Shown here: in pieces, positions 55,586 to 64,000 of the stretch
How positions within the stretch are numbered: position 1 is the stretch's first letter
How the letters are laid out: each line of letters opens with the position of its first letter
Assembly (NCBI GenBank): GCA_964484715.1
Contig: CAZAFJ010000010.1
Location: 1,056 to 65,055, forward strand
Source: an uncultured Anaerolineaceae bacterium
GTDB lineage: Bacteria; Chloroflexota; Anaerolineae; Anaerolineales; Anaerolineaceae
DNA length: 64,000 bases
Direction: 5' to 3'
Translations under genes and position numbers: made by a program
The notes under the pieces: model-generated
The model's database searches: none
What the model was told of the DNA's origin: nothing
Seen by the model: only the letters and a program-made list of their open reading frames with translations

Positions 55586-57142
55586 TTATAAAGTCTTAGG
55601 CTTAAAGCGGGGCATTGTAAAACAAATTCGGGCACCTTTTGTATAATTTTCGTCGATCCAAATCTTGCCGCCATGGGCTTCGACGATGGATTTGCTTAAA
55701 AACAGGCCTAAACCAGTCCCTTTAGTATTGGTACTGTTATAGTCAGCGCGGTAAAAACGATCAAAGGCATGAGGCACATCAATAGGGTCAAAACCGGGAC
55801 CATGGTCAGAAATGCAAATTTTGACGATGTCTTCAAAAGCCTCACCATCCACCTCAATCGGACCCTCTTTGGCGTACTTGATGCTATTGGAAATGAGATT
55901 GGTTAAGAGTTGGTTGATGCGTGTCGGGTCGGCATGCACCAAGGGGAAATTGTGCGGCAAATGGGTGATGAGAGGCTGCAGCTGGGCTTGCACAGTATGC
56001 TTGCGCAGCAGGTCTTCCACCAAAGCGTCAATATCCAACTCGGTCGGCCTTAAGGCCAAACCACCAGCTTGCAAGCGTGTGGCGTCCAACAAATCTTCAA
56101 CCATGGCTGCCAGATGGTCGGCTTCGTCTTCAATCACCGCAAGGCTCTCGTCCACCATTTCTTTGTCCCAATCAACGTCATCGCGTCGCAAAGTGCTGGC
56201 ATAGCCTTTGATTAAAGCAATAGGAGTCTTCAATTCATGACTAATAACGGACATGAAGCCTGTCTTCAGATCTTCCGCCGTGCGATGACGGGTAATATCA
56301 CGCACCGAAGCGATAATATTCAGCAGTTTTCCGTCGCCTGAGAACAAAGGCGCATAGTTAATCGAAACCGGCAACGGGGGCAAAGTCCCCTTTCGCACCA
56401 TATCGCCTTCGATAAACATTTCTTCACGCGGGTAGCGGGTCCAGTTGTAGCGCAAGGCTTCCTGAACCGGCAAGCCTTTCTTAACGCCGTGCCATTGCAC
56501 CGCGTTTTCGTAATCCTCACCGATCAAAGAGCCGGGCGCAGCGTTGACCAGCTTGCAAAAAGCAGCGTTGACCTGGGTCACTTTGAGGTCAGGCCCCAAA
56601 ATAACAATGCCATCCGCAACCGAATCAAGCAAGGCCGCCGTCCGCAAGTTATTGTCCTTAATTTCCTTATAAAGCTTAGCGTTTCGCACAGCGATGGCCG
56701 CTTGGTTGGCAAAACTATTCAACAGCGAATAATCGTTAGGACTAAAAGTCGTCCGATAATTACGGAAAACGTAAATCTGCCCAATCACCTGACCTTGGTT
56801 GACCATCGAGATACCCACACCTGAAATCATGCCCATGCTGATATCGCTGAGCATTTTGTTCATCTCGGGCACGCGCGCGCCTTCTTCGCCAACTTCCTTG
56901 GGCAAAGTCGTCATCCAGTTTTCAAGATAGTCATACAATGCTTCTGGCAAGCCCTGATGCACCGCGATTTGCCAACCGCTTTCGTCATCCAAAAGCGCGA
57001 TAAACCCAGCATGACCGCTGAGCATTTCCACCGTGATGCGTAAAATACGCATAAGCAAAACCGGTAGGTCCAGCTCTTCAGTTAATGCACGCAAAATTTC
57101 TAAGAGGTAGTCTCGTTGGCGAACGCGGTAATCAGGTAACAT
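55586..57142 (-). CDS. GAF-PAS sensor histidine kinase
   Basis: H-box SHELKTPIALIKGY, N-box LISNSIKY, and G-boxes DHGPG and GTGLGL. It is cytoplasmic, with no TM helix. Confidence 0.85.
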   Translation of the reverse strand: MLPDYRVRQRDYLLEILRALTEELDLPVLLMRILRITVEMLSGHAGFIALLDDESGWQIAVHQGLPEALYDYLENWMTTLPKEVGEEGARVPEMNKMLSDISMGMISGVGISMVNQGQVIGQIYVFRNYRTTFSPNDYSLLNSFANQAAIAVRNAKLYKEIKDNNLRTAALLDSVADGIVILGPDLKVTQVNAAFCKLVNAAPGSLIGEDYENAVQWHGVKKGLPVQEALRYNWTRYPREEMFIEGDMVRKGTLPPLPVSINYAPLFSGDGKLLNIIASVRDITRHRTAEDLKTGFMSVISHELKTPIALIKGYASTLRRDDVDWDKEMVDESLAVIEDEADHLAAMVEDLLDATRLQAGGLALRPTELDIDALVEDLLRKHTVQAQLQPLITHLPHNFPLVHADPTRINQLLTNLISNSIKYAKEGPIEVDGEAFEDIVKICISDHGPGFDPIDVPHAFDRFYRADYNSTNTKGTGLGLFLSKSIVEAHGGKIWIDENYTKGARICFTMPRFKPKTL

Positions 57143-57157
57143 GTCTCCCCTTAATCT

Positions 57158-57937
57158 CTAATCCAGGTATGGCCCAACTTGTTCAAGCAGGCCATAGTTG
57201 GTGCTATCCATATGCAATGGGGTAACTGAAACAAAACCCTGTTTCAAAGCGCCATAGTCAGTCAACTCCTCGTCCAAGCCGGTGGGTTGTTTGCCACCAA
57301 TCCAATAATAGGGTCGCCCAAAGGGATCCTCTCGTTTGAGCAAAAAGTCATGGTACAAACGCGTGCCCAATCGGGTAAATTGCACACCTTTGTAGTTGCC
57401 GTCAGGTTTGTAAGGCAAGTTGATATTCCACACCGTCATAGACTGGCCATTGCCAGGCAAAGCTAAAAGTTTGACGATAATTTCGGTCGCCTTCGCGGCT
57501 GTTTCTTTATAGTCCAGGTTACCGTCGTTATACTCCGGAGCATCCACCGAAACCGCAAAGCCCGGGATGCCCATAATCCCAGCTTCAAGCACCGCTGCCA
57601 CCGTTCCCGAATAACTGACGTCATAGGCGATATTGGCATTGTTGTTGATACCCGAGACCACAAAATCAAAATCCATGTCCAATGCATCCATCAAGCCCAA
57701 AGCAACACAATCACTTGGTGCACCATCTGAGCTAAACGCCCAACTGCCATCGACGAGCTGGAGCTTTTTGATGCGCAAGGGTTTGTTCATCGTCTTTTTA
57801 TGTCCACTGGCAGACCAGTTGGTATCTGGGGCTAAAATCGTCACCTCAAAGTCGGGCACTTGCCTCAAAGCCTGCGCCAGAGCCAAGAGGCCCGGGGCGC
57901 GGACACCATCGTCATTCGTCAATAAAATACGTTTCAT
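57158..57937 (-). CDS. surE: 5'/3'-nucleotidase SurE
   Basis: Blocks: ILLTNDDGVRAPGL, SGINNNANIAYDVSYSGTVAA. Confidence 0.9.
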   Translation of the reverse strand: MKRILLTNDDGVRAPGLLALAQALRQVPDFEVTILAPDTNWSASGHKKTMNKPLRIKKLQLVDGSWAFSSDGAPSDCVALGLMDALDMDFDFVVSGINNNANIAYDVSYSGTVAAVLEAGIMGIPGFAVSVDAPEYNDGNLDYKETAAKATEIIVKLLALPGNGQSMTVWNINLPYKPDGNYKGVQFTRLGTRLYHDFLLKREDPFGRPYYWIGGKQPTGLDEELTDYGALKQGFVSVTPLHMDSTNYGLLEQVGPYLD

Positions 57938-57955
57938 TAGCTTGTTTTCGTCCTT

Positions 57956-60900
57956 TTAGTGGCGTTTTCTTCGTTTTTTCTTGCCGCGATTTTTAGCTTT
58001 CGCCATGTCTTCATCTGGTGATGCAGAATGGGCGATGCCCTCCTGGGTGCTCGCCAAATTGGGGCGATAACGGAACATGCGGCTAATCACCGTTTGGCGC
58101 ACGGTCGCCATCAGCTCGCTGTACATGCCACTGGCTTTGTGCTTGTACTGCACCAATGGATCGCGTTGAGCATAAGATTCCATGCGAATCGAAACGCGCA
58201 AAGCTTCCATTTCGGTCAAATATTCGACCCATGATTCGGTGAAAGTGCCCAAAAGCAAGTCCCGATAAATACGGGTTTGGGTCTCGTAGCCAAGAACCGC
58301 TTGGATGTCCTCGTGCAAGTCCTCAGGAATTTCATCCACAGGTAATTCAGCAATCGCCTGGTATTGCTCCTCGCCCAACTTCTTCGCCAAAGCCAGTTTT
58401 GAAGGCTCATGGGTCTGGGCGATAACGCGGTTCATGTTTTTGATGTTCATCAAATCTGCGATGCCAAAGATTTCCGCCAGGTGTTCTTCAGCGCCCTTAA
58501 GATGGTCAATTACGCTTTCGGTGACCTCAGCGCTGGTGTTTTTCTTCAGTTTATCTGCCATCAAGTAGAGGTAGTTCAAGCGCATGTGGGCGCGGAACTG
58601 CCGTTGACGTGAACGTGGGTCAAAACCAACCCGTTTACCCATGGTGGTCATTTGTATCGCTTTGTAGAGCGCTTCTTCATCTTCTAGTGCCTCAATCAAA
58701 AGGGCTTGGTTGGCTTCGATATCGCGTGGCACTTCGCCGTTTTCGCCAAACAGGAGCTTGCTACGGTGTTCCAGCGAATCTTGCGCCTGACCCAAGACCT
58801 GCTCACGGATGTCTTCCCAGGGCTGGCTGGCAAGGTCCAAAGCTTTGAAAGGCCAGGTTTCGCCAAAGCGCTTTTCGAGCGTCAAAAGTGTTCTTCTAAG
58901 GTTATTCAGGGTCACGCCCGTGCGCAAAGCATCACGCAAAGGTGCTTTCATGCTCATGGGGTCTTCACGCAGGGTGCGTAGCTCAGCAGCCGCCAGGCGC
59001 ACTTGTGCGCCCATGATATGGCTCAACTCAGCTTGTGGGTCTTGTCCATCTTCAGGGTCATAGGTTTCCAAGAAAGCATCCAGGGCGTCAGAGCGCTCAG
59101 CCATTTGGTCCTTAATGGTCGATTGATTGCGTTCCAAGAGCAGCTCGACACCTTCAATAATATGATCATTTTCCATTTTCACGGCATCTTTTGACAGCTG
59201 CAAAAGTCGCGTCTTTAATTCTTCGAGTTCGTCAACGTCCTCTAATTCATCCGCCACCATTTTTAAGGTATAGGAAGGATAGACGCCAAATTCTGTATTA
59301 ATGGTTGACTGTAAATCTTCAAGCAGCGCCAAAAGCTTCCAGGGACCATCGGGATCGCTCATCGCCTGTTCAACCTTGGGCTCGATTTCATTGCGAATCA
59401 TGTCAGCGACATCATCGTGCAAATCTTCCTTGAGGAAAATGCGGTCGCGCTGCTCATAGATGCGATTACGCTGCGTGTTGAGCACGTCATCATATTCCAA
59501 AAGATGTTTACGCACATCAAAGTTGGAGCCTTCCACGCGGGTTTGAGCCTGCTCGACCATGCGGTTAATCAGCGCGATTTCGATGGGCATACTTTCGTCC
59601 ATCTTGAAGCGTGACAACATGCTTTCCATCTGCTCGCCACCAAACATACGCATCAGCTCGTCGTCCATCGCCAAATAGAAGCGCGACGAACCCGGGTCAC
59701 CCTGGCGACCCGCACGACCACGCAGCTGGTTGTCGATACGGCGCGCTTCGTGGCGTTCCGAGCCAATCACGTGCAAACCGCCGAGTTCACGTACCAGCGC
59801 CATCTGCTCCATGTATTCCTTAAAGGCATCCACAGCGGCTTGTTGTTCTTCTTCAAGCTCAACCGTCAAGCCTTCAACCGCTGCCAAACGTTGCGGCATG
59901 GTCATGTTATAGGGATCCAAATTGCTGTGCTTTGCCAGAATTTGGTTAAGTTCCGAAAGCAAGTTCTCCGGCAGCTCGCCACCCAGTTTGATGTCAACAC
60001 CGCGACCAGCCATGTTGGTGGCGATGGTCACCGCGCCAACCGCACCGGCCTTGGCGATAATCAAGGATTCTTCGGTGTGCTTGCGTGCGTTGAGCACCTG
60101 ATGGGGAATGCCCGCATCAAATACCGGTTTGAGGCGTTCGTATTGCTCGGGTTCGATTTTGAGCAACTCCAAGAGCCCCTCTCGATTGCTTTCGTCGGTC
60201 AGGTCCATCGTGCTCATGCCAAACTGACTGCCCAGACGGCGCAGTTCCGGCATGCGTAGTTTGTCCAAAGGCTCATTCAAGCCGGCAAGTTCCGGCGCGT
60301 GTTGGTAATCTTCTTCTTTCGCACCTTTAGACAGACGCCAGGCACGGCGAATGAGATTGACCTGTAAAACTCGTCGCACCATGTCCGAACTCATGCGACT
60401 GGAGAGGTGTTCGGAGCTTTCTACCGAGGTGGTACCCACCAGTTGGGGGCGACCAATAGCGTGGTAACGCAAAATCTCGAGCACAATCGCGCGCAATTTA
60501 CCTTCCGCGGTGCGATAAATCACATCCGGGTAGTCCTTGCGCTTAAAGTACAATGCGTGTTTGCTCGGGTCGTCTTCAGAGAAATAATAGGTGTAGTCAT
60601 AGCCAAATTCGTCTTTGGCTTGCGCCTGACCAATGCCCGAATCGGAACGCTCGGCCTTGTATTCCAGGTTGGAGGGGATCGCCAAAACGTCCAAACCATA
60701 AATGCGGAAGAATTCTTCCTTTTCGGTCATCGCGGTACCGGTCATGCCGGCCAGCTTTTTGTACATTCTAAAGTAGTTCTGGATGGTCACCGTAGCATGG
60801 GTGATGTTCTCCGCCTCGACCTTGACGCCTTCTTTGGCTTCCACTGCTTGGTGCAAACCGTCCGACCAACGCCGTCCGGGCATCATGCGACCAGTGAATT

Positions 60901-61954
60901 CATCTACGATGACGATTTCGCCACCCTGGACGATGTATTCCTTGTTACGATGGAAGAGGAATTCGGCGCGTAAGCTTTGCTCCAAAAAGCCTAATAAACG
61001 GGCTTGTTCAGGCGCGATATCTTCAGGACGCTCCGGATCAGAAAGCGGCTCACCAAGCATTTCTTCAACATGCGCCACACCGATTTCAGTCAACGAGACG
61101 GTTTGGTCTTTTTCACTCAGGTCATAATCCTCGGGTTTGAGCGCTTTAACAATTTTCGCCATGCGATAGTAGTTTTCCGAATCCTCATGCGCGGGACCTG
61201 AAATGATGAGCGGTGTACGCGCTTCGTCGATGAGGATGTTGTCAACCTCGTCGATGATGGCGAAATGGTGTGGTTTTTGCACACGGTCCGCCCAGCGCAT
61301 GGTGATATTGTCGCGCAGATAGTCGAAGCCAAACTCGCTGTTGGTGCCGTAGGTGATATCCGCTTCATAGGCATATTTTCGGTGCACAGGGCGCAGTTGG
61401 TGCGTTTCTTCAAACAGAGAAGATTCATCCGGGTCATAAAGGAAAGCGCGTTGCGAAGCGCCATCCGAAGCTGAAGCCGACTGTAAAACGCCGGTGCTCA
61501 TCCCCAAAAAGCGATAAATCTGCCCCATCCAGCGGCCGTCACGGCGTGCCAGATAGTCATTGACCGTAATCAGGTGCGCGCCTTTGCCTTCAAGCGCATT
61601 GAGATAAAGCGGCAATGTCGCGCTGAGGGTCTTGCCCTCACCAGTACGCAACTCCGAGATGGAACCGCTGTGCAGGTTGATACCGCAAATGAGCTGCACG
61701 TCATAATGACGCTGACCCAAAACGCGCTTACTGGCTTCTCGCACGGTAGCAAAAGCTTCAGGCAACAAGTCGTCCAGTGTTTCACCTTTGGCGAGCCGCG
61801 CTTTGTATTCGTCGGTTTTGGCAGCCAGCGCTTCATCTGTGAGTGCTTCAAACTGCGGTTCAAGCGCGTTGATTTCTTCAACGATAAGGCTGAGCTTATC
61901 GATAGCTTTTTTGTTGGGATCCCCAGTAAAGAATCTTGCAATTTTTTGTAGCAT
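57956..61954 (-). CDS. secA: preprotein translocase ATPase SecA (unusually long, 1332 aa)
   Basis: Blocks: ELRTGEGKTL (Walker A), IIDEVDNILIDEARTPLIISG, TGTA, ATNMAGRGVDIKLGG, RIDNQLRGRAGRQGDPGSS, LLEYDDVLNTQR, YAQRDPLVQYK. Confidence 0.9.
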   Translation of the reverse strand: MLQKIARFFTGDPNKKAIDKLSLIVEEINALEPQFEALTDEALAAKTDEYKARLAKGETLDDLLPEAFATVREASKRVLGQRHYDVQLICGINLHSGSISELRTGEGKTLSATLPLYLNALEGKGAHLITVNDYLARRDGRWMGQIYRFLGMSTGVLQSASASDGASQRAFLYDPDESSLFEETHQLRPVHRKYAYEADITYGTNSEFGFDYLRDNITMRWADRVQKPHHFAIIDEVDNILIDEARTPLIISGPAHEDSENYYRMAKIVKALKPEDYDLSEKDQTVSLTEIGVAHVEEMLGEPLSDPERPEDIAPEQARLLGFLEQSLRAEFLFHRNKEYIVQGGEIVIVDEFTGRMMPGRRWSDGLHQAVEAKEGVKVEAENITHATVTIQNYFRMYKKLAGMTGTAMTEKEEFFRIYGLDVLAIPSNLEYKAERSDSGIGQAQAKDEFGYDYTYYFSEDDPSKHALYFKRKDYPDVIYRTAEGKLRAIVLEILRYHAIGRPQLVGTTSVESSEHLSSRMSSDMVRRVLQVNLIRRAWRLSKGAKEEDYQHAPELAGLNEPLDKLRMPELRRLGSQFGMSTMDLTDESNREGLLELLKIEPEQYERLKPVFDAGIPHQVLNARKHTEESLIIAKAGAVGAVTIATNMAGRGVDIKLGGELPENLLSELNQILAKHSNLDPYNMTMPQRLAAVEGLTVELEEEQQAAVDAFKEYMEQMALVRELGGLHVIGSERHEARRIDNQLRGRAGRQGDPGSSRFYLAMDDELMRMFGGEQMESMLSRFKMDESMPIEIALINRMVEQAQTRVEGSNFDVRKHLLEYDDVLNTQRNRIYEQRDRIFLKEDLHDDVADMIRNEIEPKVEQAMSDPDGPWKLLALLEDLQSTINTEFGVYPSYTLKMVADELEDVDELEELKTRLLQLSKDAVKMENDHIIEGVELLLERNQSTIKDQMAERSDALDAFLETYDPEDGQDPQAELSHIMGAQVRLAAAELRTLREDPMSMKAPLRDALRTGVTLNNLRRTLLTLEKRFGETWPFKALDLASQPWEDIREQVLGQAQDSLEHRSKLLFGENGEVPRDIEANQALLIEALEDEEALYKAIQMTTMGKRVGFDPRSRQRQFRAHMRLNYLYLMADKLKKNTSAEVTESVIDHLKGAEEHLAEIFGIADLMNIKNMNRVIAQTHEPSKLALAKKLGEEQYQAIAELPVDEIPEDLHEDIQAVLGYETQTRIYRDLLLGTFTESWVEYLTEMEALRVSIRMESYAQRDPLVQYKHKASGMYSELMATVRQTVISRMFRYRPNLASTQEGIAHSASPDEDMAKAKNRGKKKRRKRH

Positions 61955-62138
61955 AATTTTTCCTCGATTGGGCAGAAATGCAAAATAAAGCCCGAGCTAC
62001 GATTATAGCACGGGCACTTGTCTTCTAGCCATTAGCGTTGTGTAGGATTTATCAGGACGGTAGGTGTGGCGCTAGGGCAAGATTGGTTCAATTGATAGAT
62101 CTTGATCTCGCCGGCCTCCAAATTCGCTCCAGCAAAGC

Positions 62139-62345
62139 CCCCTAACCTGGCGGTTTTTGCAACATGACAAATGGTTTGGCGAGGACGCCAAACCGGACTG
62201 TGGCGCATCCATTCCAGTAAGATCCCCTGACCTTGCGGTTTTCGCAACATGCAATGGTTTGGCGAGGACGCCAAACCGAACCGTGGCGAGTCCGTTCCAG
62301 CATGCTCCCTTTTATATCTGGTGACAGGCGAGGACGCCAAACCGA
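62139..62345. repeat. about 2.5 tandem copies of an 83-85-bp repeat, each carrying the hairpin GGTTTGGCG-AGGA-CGCCAAACC
   Basis: Units start at 62139, 62224 and 62307. Hairpins are at 62173..62194 and 62256..62277, and a left-arm-truncated copy is at 62327..62343. Confidence 0.85.
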
Positions 62346-62424
62346 TCATTAAATATAAAAGGCGAGGCATGTTTTGGCACACCTCACCTGTTTCCTTAAT
62401 CGTTGACTAAAGGTTTAGAGCCGT

Positions 62425-63693
62425 CTACTTGCCCCCATCAAACGGCAGGGCTATTCTAAGTCCTCGACCTGGCAAGACATCCTCTGGGAAGGTCAAGGTG
62501 TTCTCAACCTCGAGCAGTTTCGTCCCGTGGTTATCATAGATCAAAACAACCTCGTTATTCATGCGATACCAAAGCGAGCCGTTGGTCACTAACCAATCCC
62601 ACTGCAGATTGCCATTAAACTTTTTTGGAGCATAGTCACCATATTTCAAGATGAATGAAAGGTCGGATAAGCGACGCGCCACTGTAATGACTTCTGTTCC
62701 TGGTGTCCCAGAGCTAAAAATGGCTGGGCCAGAAAAACCAATGCCATGATTGATGCTTCCGCCTGGCTCCTTAGCCACAACTTCCTGCCTTTCGGGATCG
62801 TAAACTTCCAGCCAATACTCACTTTGAGAACTATCTTGAGTGTAGGCCATATAAGTCAAAATAATGTTGTCCGTTTCAGAATCAACAGCTATGACATCTG
62901 CCATATATCTTGTATCCGTATCAACTTCACCAACTTGCACTTCAGCCCGCGCAAAGGGTAATTCAAGGTTCCCTTCGTGGGTTTCTTTGCTGATCGGATT
63001 GTAGGTATGGTAGCTAATGAGGATTTTTCCATCTGCTTCACTCGTATTGAACCAGACGGCGCGATCCATCTTACCATTAGATAATCCCATTTTATCCCCA
63101 CATTTTACGTTCTCGACCACCTCGGTTTCAAACGTTGTCGTGACAACAAACAAATCCTCAGTCGCATTTCGCTGACAAATGAGCAAAGCCTCACCAACCC
63201 ACAAGGTGTCAACAACTGCAGAGACATCCACTTCCTTCGTTTCTACGCCACCCTCAGGGTGCAATTTTGTAAAATAGGTTTCTTTAGCGCCATACAAGAG
63301 GTACACATTGCCAGCCTCATCAATCCTCGGGTCAGCCTTCAGTATGGCATTGTTTACGACAGGCAATTTGGCGTAGTTCGCATTACGATTCAAACCTTGG
63401 GTGACGAGTTGCATTTCGCCATCTTCTGCCGGCACAATAGCGCTAACCACGACAGGTTGTGCGCTTAGATCTTCAATCACGCCATTGCCTTCATCAACTG
63501 GATAAGGGTCTTCAGTCGGTTTTACACTTTCTGGTTGAGGTTCAGAGGACGTATCCTCGGGTTTAACCACACCCTCGGTGTCCTTTGGGTCATTGGGTTT
63601 TTCGATACTTGGCATTGGGGTTTTTGCTTGTAAACCACAAGCACTTAGCAAGGTTAGCACGAACAATATGCATAGAATGTGTTTAAGTTTCAT
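62425..63693 (-). CDS. hypothetical lipoprotein
   Basis: An AAGGAG RBS precedes the ATG at 63693. Signal peptide with lipobox LLSAC. No family recognised. Confidence 0.55.
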   Translation of the reverse strand: MKLKHILCILFVLTLLSACGLQAKTPMPSIEKPNDPKDTEGVVKPEDTSSEPQPESVKPTEDPYPVDEGNGVIEDLSAQPVVVSAIVPAEDGEMQLVTQGLNRNANYAKLPVVNNAILKADPRIDEAGNVYLLYGAKETYFTKLHPEGGVETKEVDVSAVVDTLWVGEALLICQRNATEDLFVVTTTFETEVVENVKCGDKMGLSNGKMDRAVWFNTSEADGKILISYHTYNPISKETHEGNLELPFARAEVQVGEVDTDTRYMADVIAVDSETDNIILTYMAYTQDSSQSEYWLEVYDPERQEVVAKEPGGSINHGIGFSGPAIFSSGTPGTEVITVARRLSDLSFILKYGDYAPKKFNGNLQWDWLVTNGSLWYRMNNEVVLIYDNHGTKLLEVENTLTFPEDVLPGRGLRIALPFDGGK

Positions 63694-63896
63694 AGTATTG
63701 GCTCCTTTCGGTATATGTTCTCCCCGTAGAATTGAGAAAAACGCTTTTACCATCAACAGATAGCCTTACTCATGGCCACGGAAGATTCGTCCGTGGTGGC
63801 ACCTTAATCTGATTATAACCGAAACTACAAATGTCAAATTTTCAAACGATTTAAGCTACGCGCAGCTATTTTTCCTAAAAAGAAAACCTTAGGCAC

Positions 63897-64000
63897 TTAA
63901 TCATGGTCAAAGAAGACCACGCTCACGCCGTCGCCACCCTCTTTTTCGCCACCGGTTTCCCAGCGCTTGACATAGGGTGAGTGGCGTAGCTCATCACGGG
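63897..64000 (-). CDS. 3' end of an Smr-domain protein (possibly MutS2), truncated by the window edge
   Basis: The minus frame reads RDELRHSPYVKRWETGGEKEGGDGVSVVFFDHD*. It resembles the end of Smr domains (..HP.V..F......GG.G.T.V.L). The fragment is short, so the call is tentative. Confidence 0.4.
   Translation of the reverse strand, partial: RDELRHSPYVKRWETGGEKEGGDGVSVVFFDHD

Noticed and set aside
55586-57142. The GAF-PAS histidine kinase as part of a two-component system in this window.
   Set aside because: No response-regulator gene is adjacent or anywhere in the 64 kb. It is an orphan kinase, which is common and not informative by itself.
62139-62345. Possible CRISPR array.
   Set aside because: The units are contiguous ~84-bp tandem copies that are conserved along their whole length. 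There are no unique spacers, and no cas genes are in the window.
62032-62382. 116-aa minus-strand ORF, and a nested 60-aa ORF, overlying the tandem repeats upstream of secA.
   Set aside because: The peptide is just the translated 84-bp repeats (GLASSP.. recurs). There is no RBS or promoter context, so I treat it as non-coding repeat DNA.

Overview
This is a 64-kb chromosomal segment of about 50% GC with about 50 protein genes, one tRNA and no rRNA or CRISPR array. All functional calls rest on motif and family recognition by eye; no searches were run.

Most genes are housekeeping or cell-envelope genes:
- DNA, secretion and central functions: recJ, psuG, gyrA, birA, surE, secA, murI, glmM, hutU, dpaL, ABC-F, TrmH, Trm112, RidA.
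- Envelope: two FemAB paralogs, a priming sugar transferase, a GT2, VanW, a LysM protein, CapA and a PrsA-like PPIase.

The host may be Chloroflexota-like. The basis is Pro/Thr-repeat membrane proteins, many apparently leaderless genes, a long-form urocanase and a giant SecA. This is a low-confidence inference.

Accessory or unusual content:
1. An AT-rich islet next to tRNA-Glu carries an IS481-family element flanked by a perfect 26-bp direct repeat.
2. A roughly 1-kb AT-rich cassette encodes a DUF559 (Vsr-like) endonuclease plus GC-rich hairpin repeats. It sits between convergent gyrA and birA and is bounded by a ~145-bp duplication that keeps both 3' ends intact.
3. A solitary beta-class DNA methyltransferase is fused to an Mrr_cat-like nuclease-fold domain.
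4. Three intergenic structured elements: 3 x 32-bp palindrome-bearing repeats, 2.5 x ~84-bp hairpin repeats upstream of secA, and a promoter plus rod-like hairpin plus double terminator upstream of a GNAT gene.
5. An XPB-N-terminal-like protein lacks a helicase module and is coupled to a small membrane protein.

I see no multi-gene defence or secretion system I can support. The DUF559 insertion and the MTase-Mrr fusion are the best leads.
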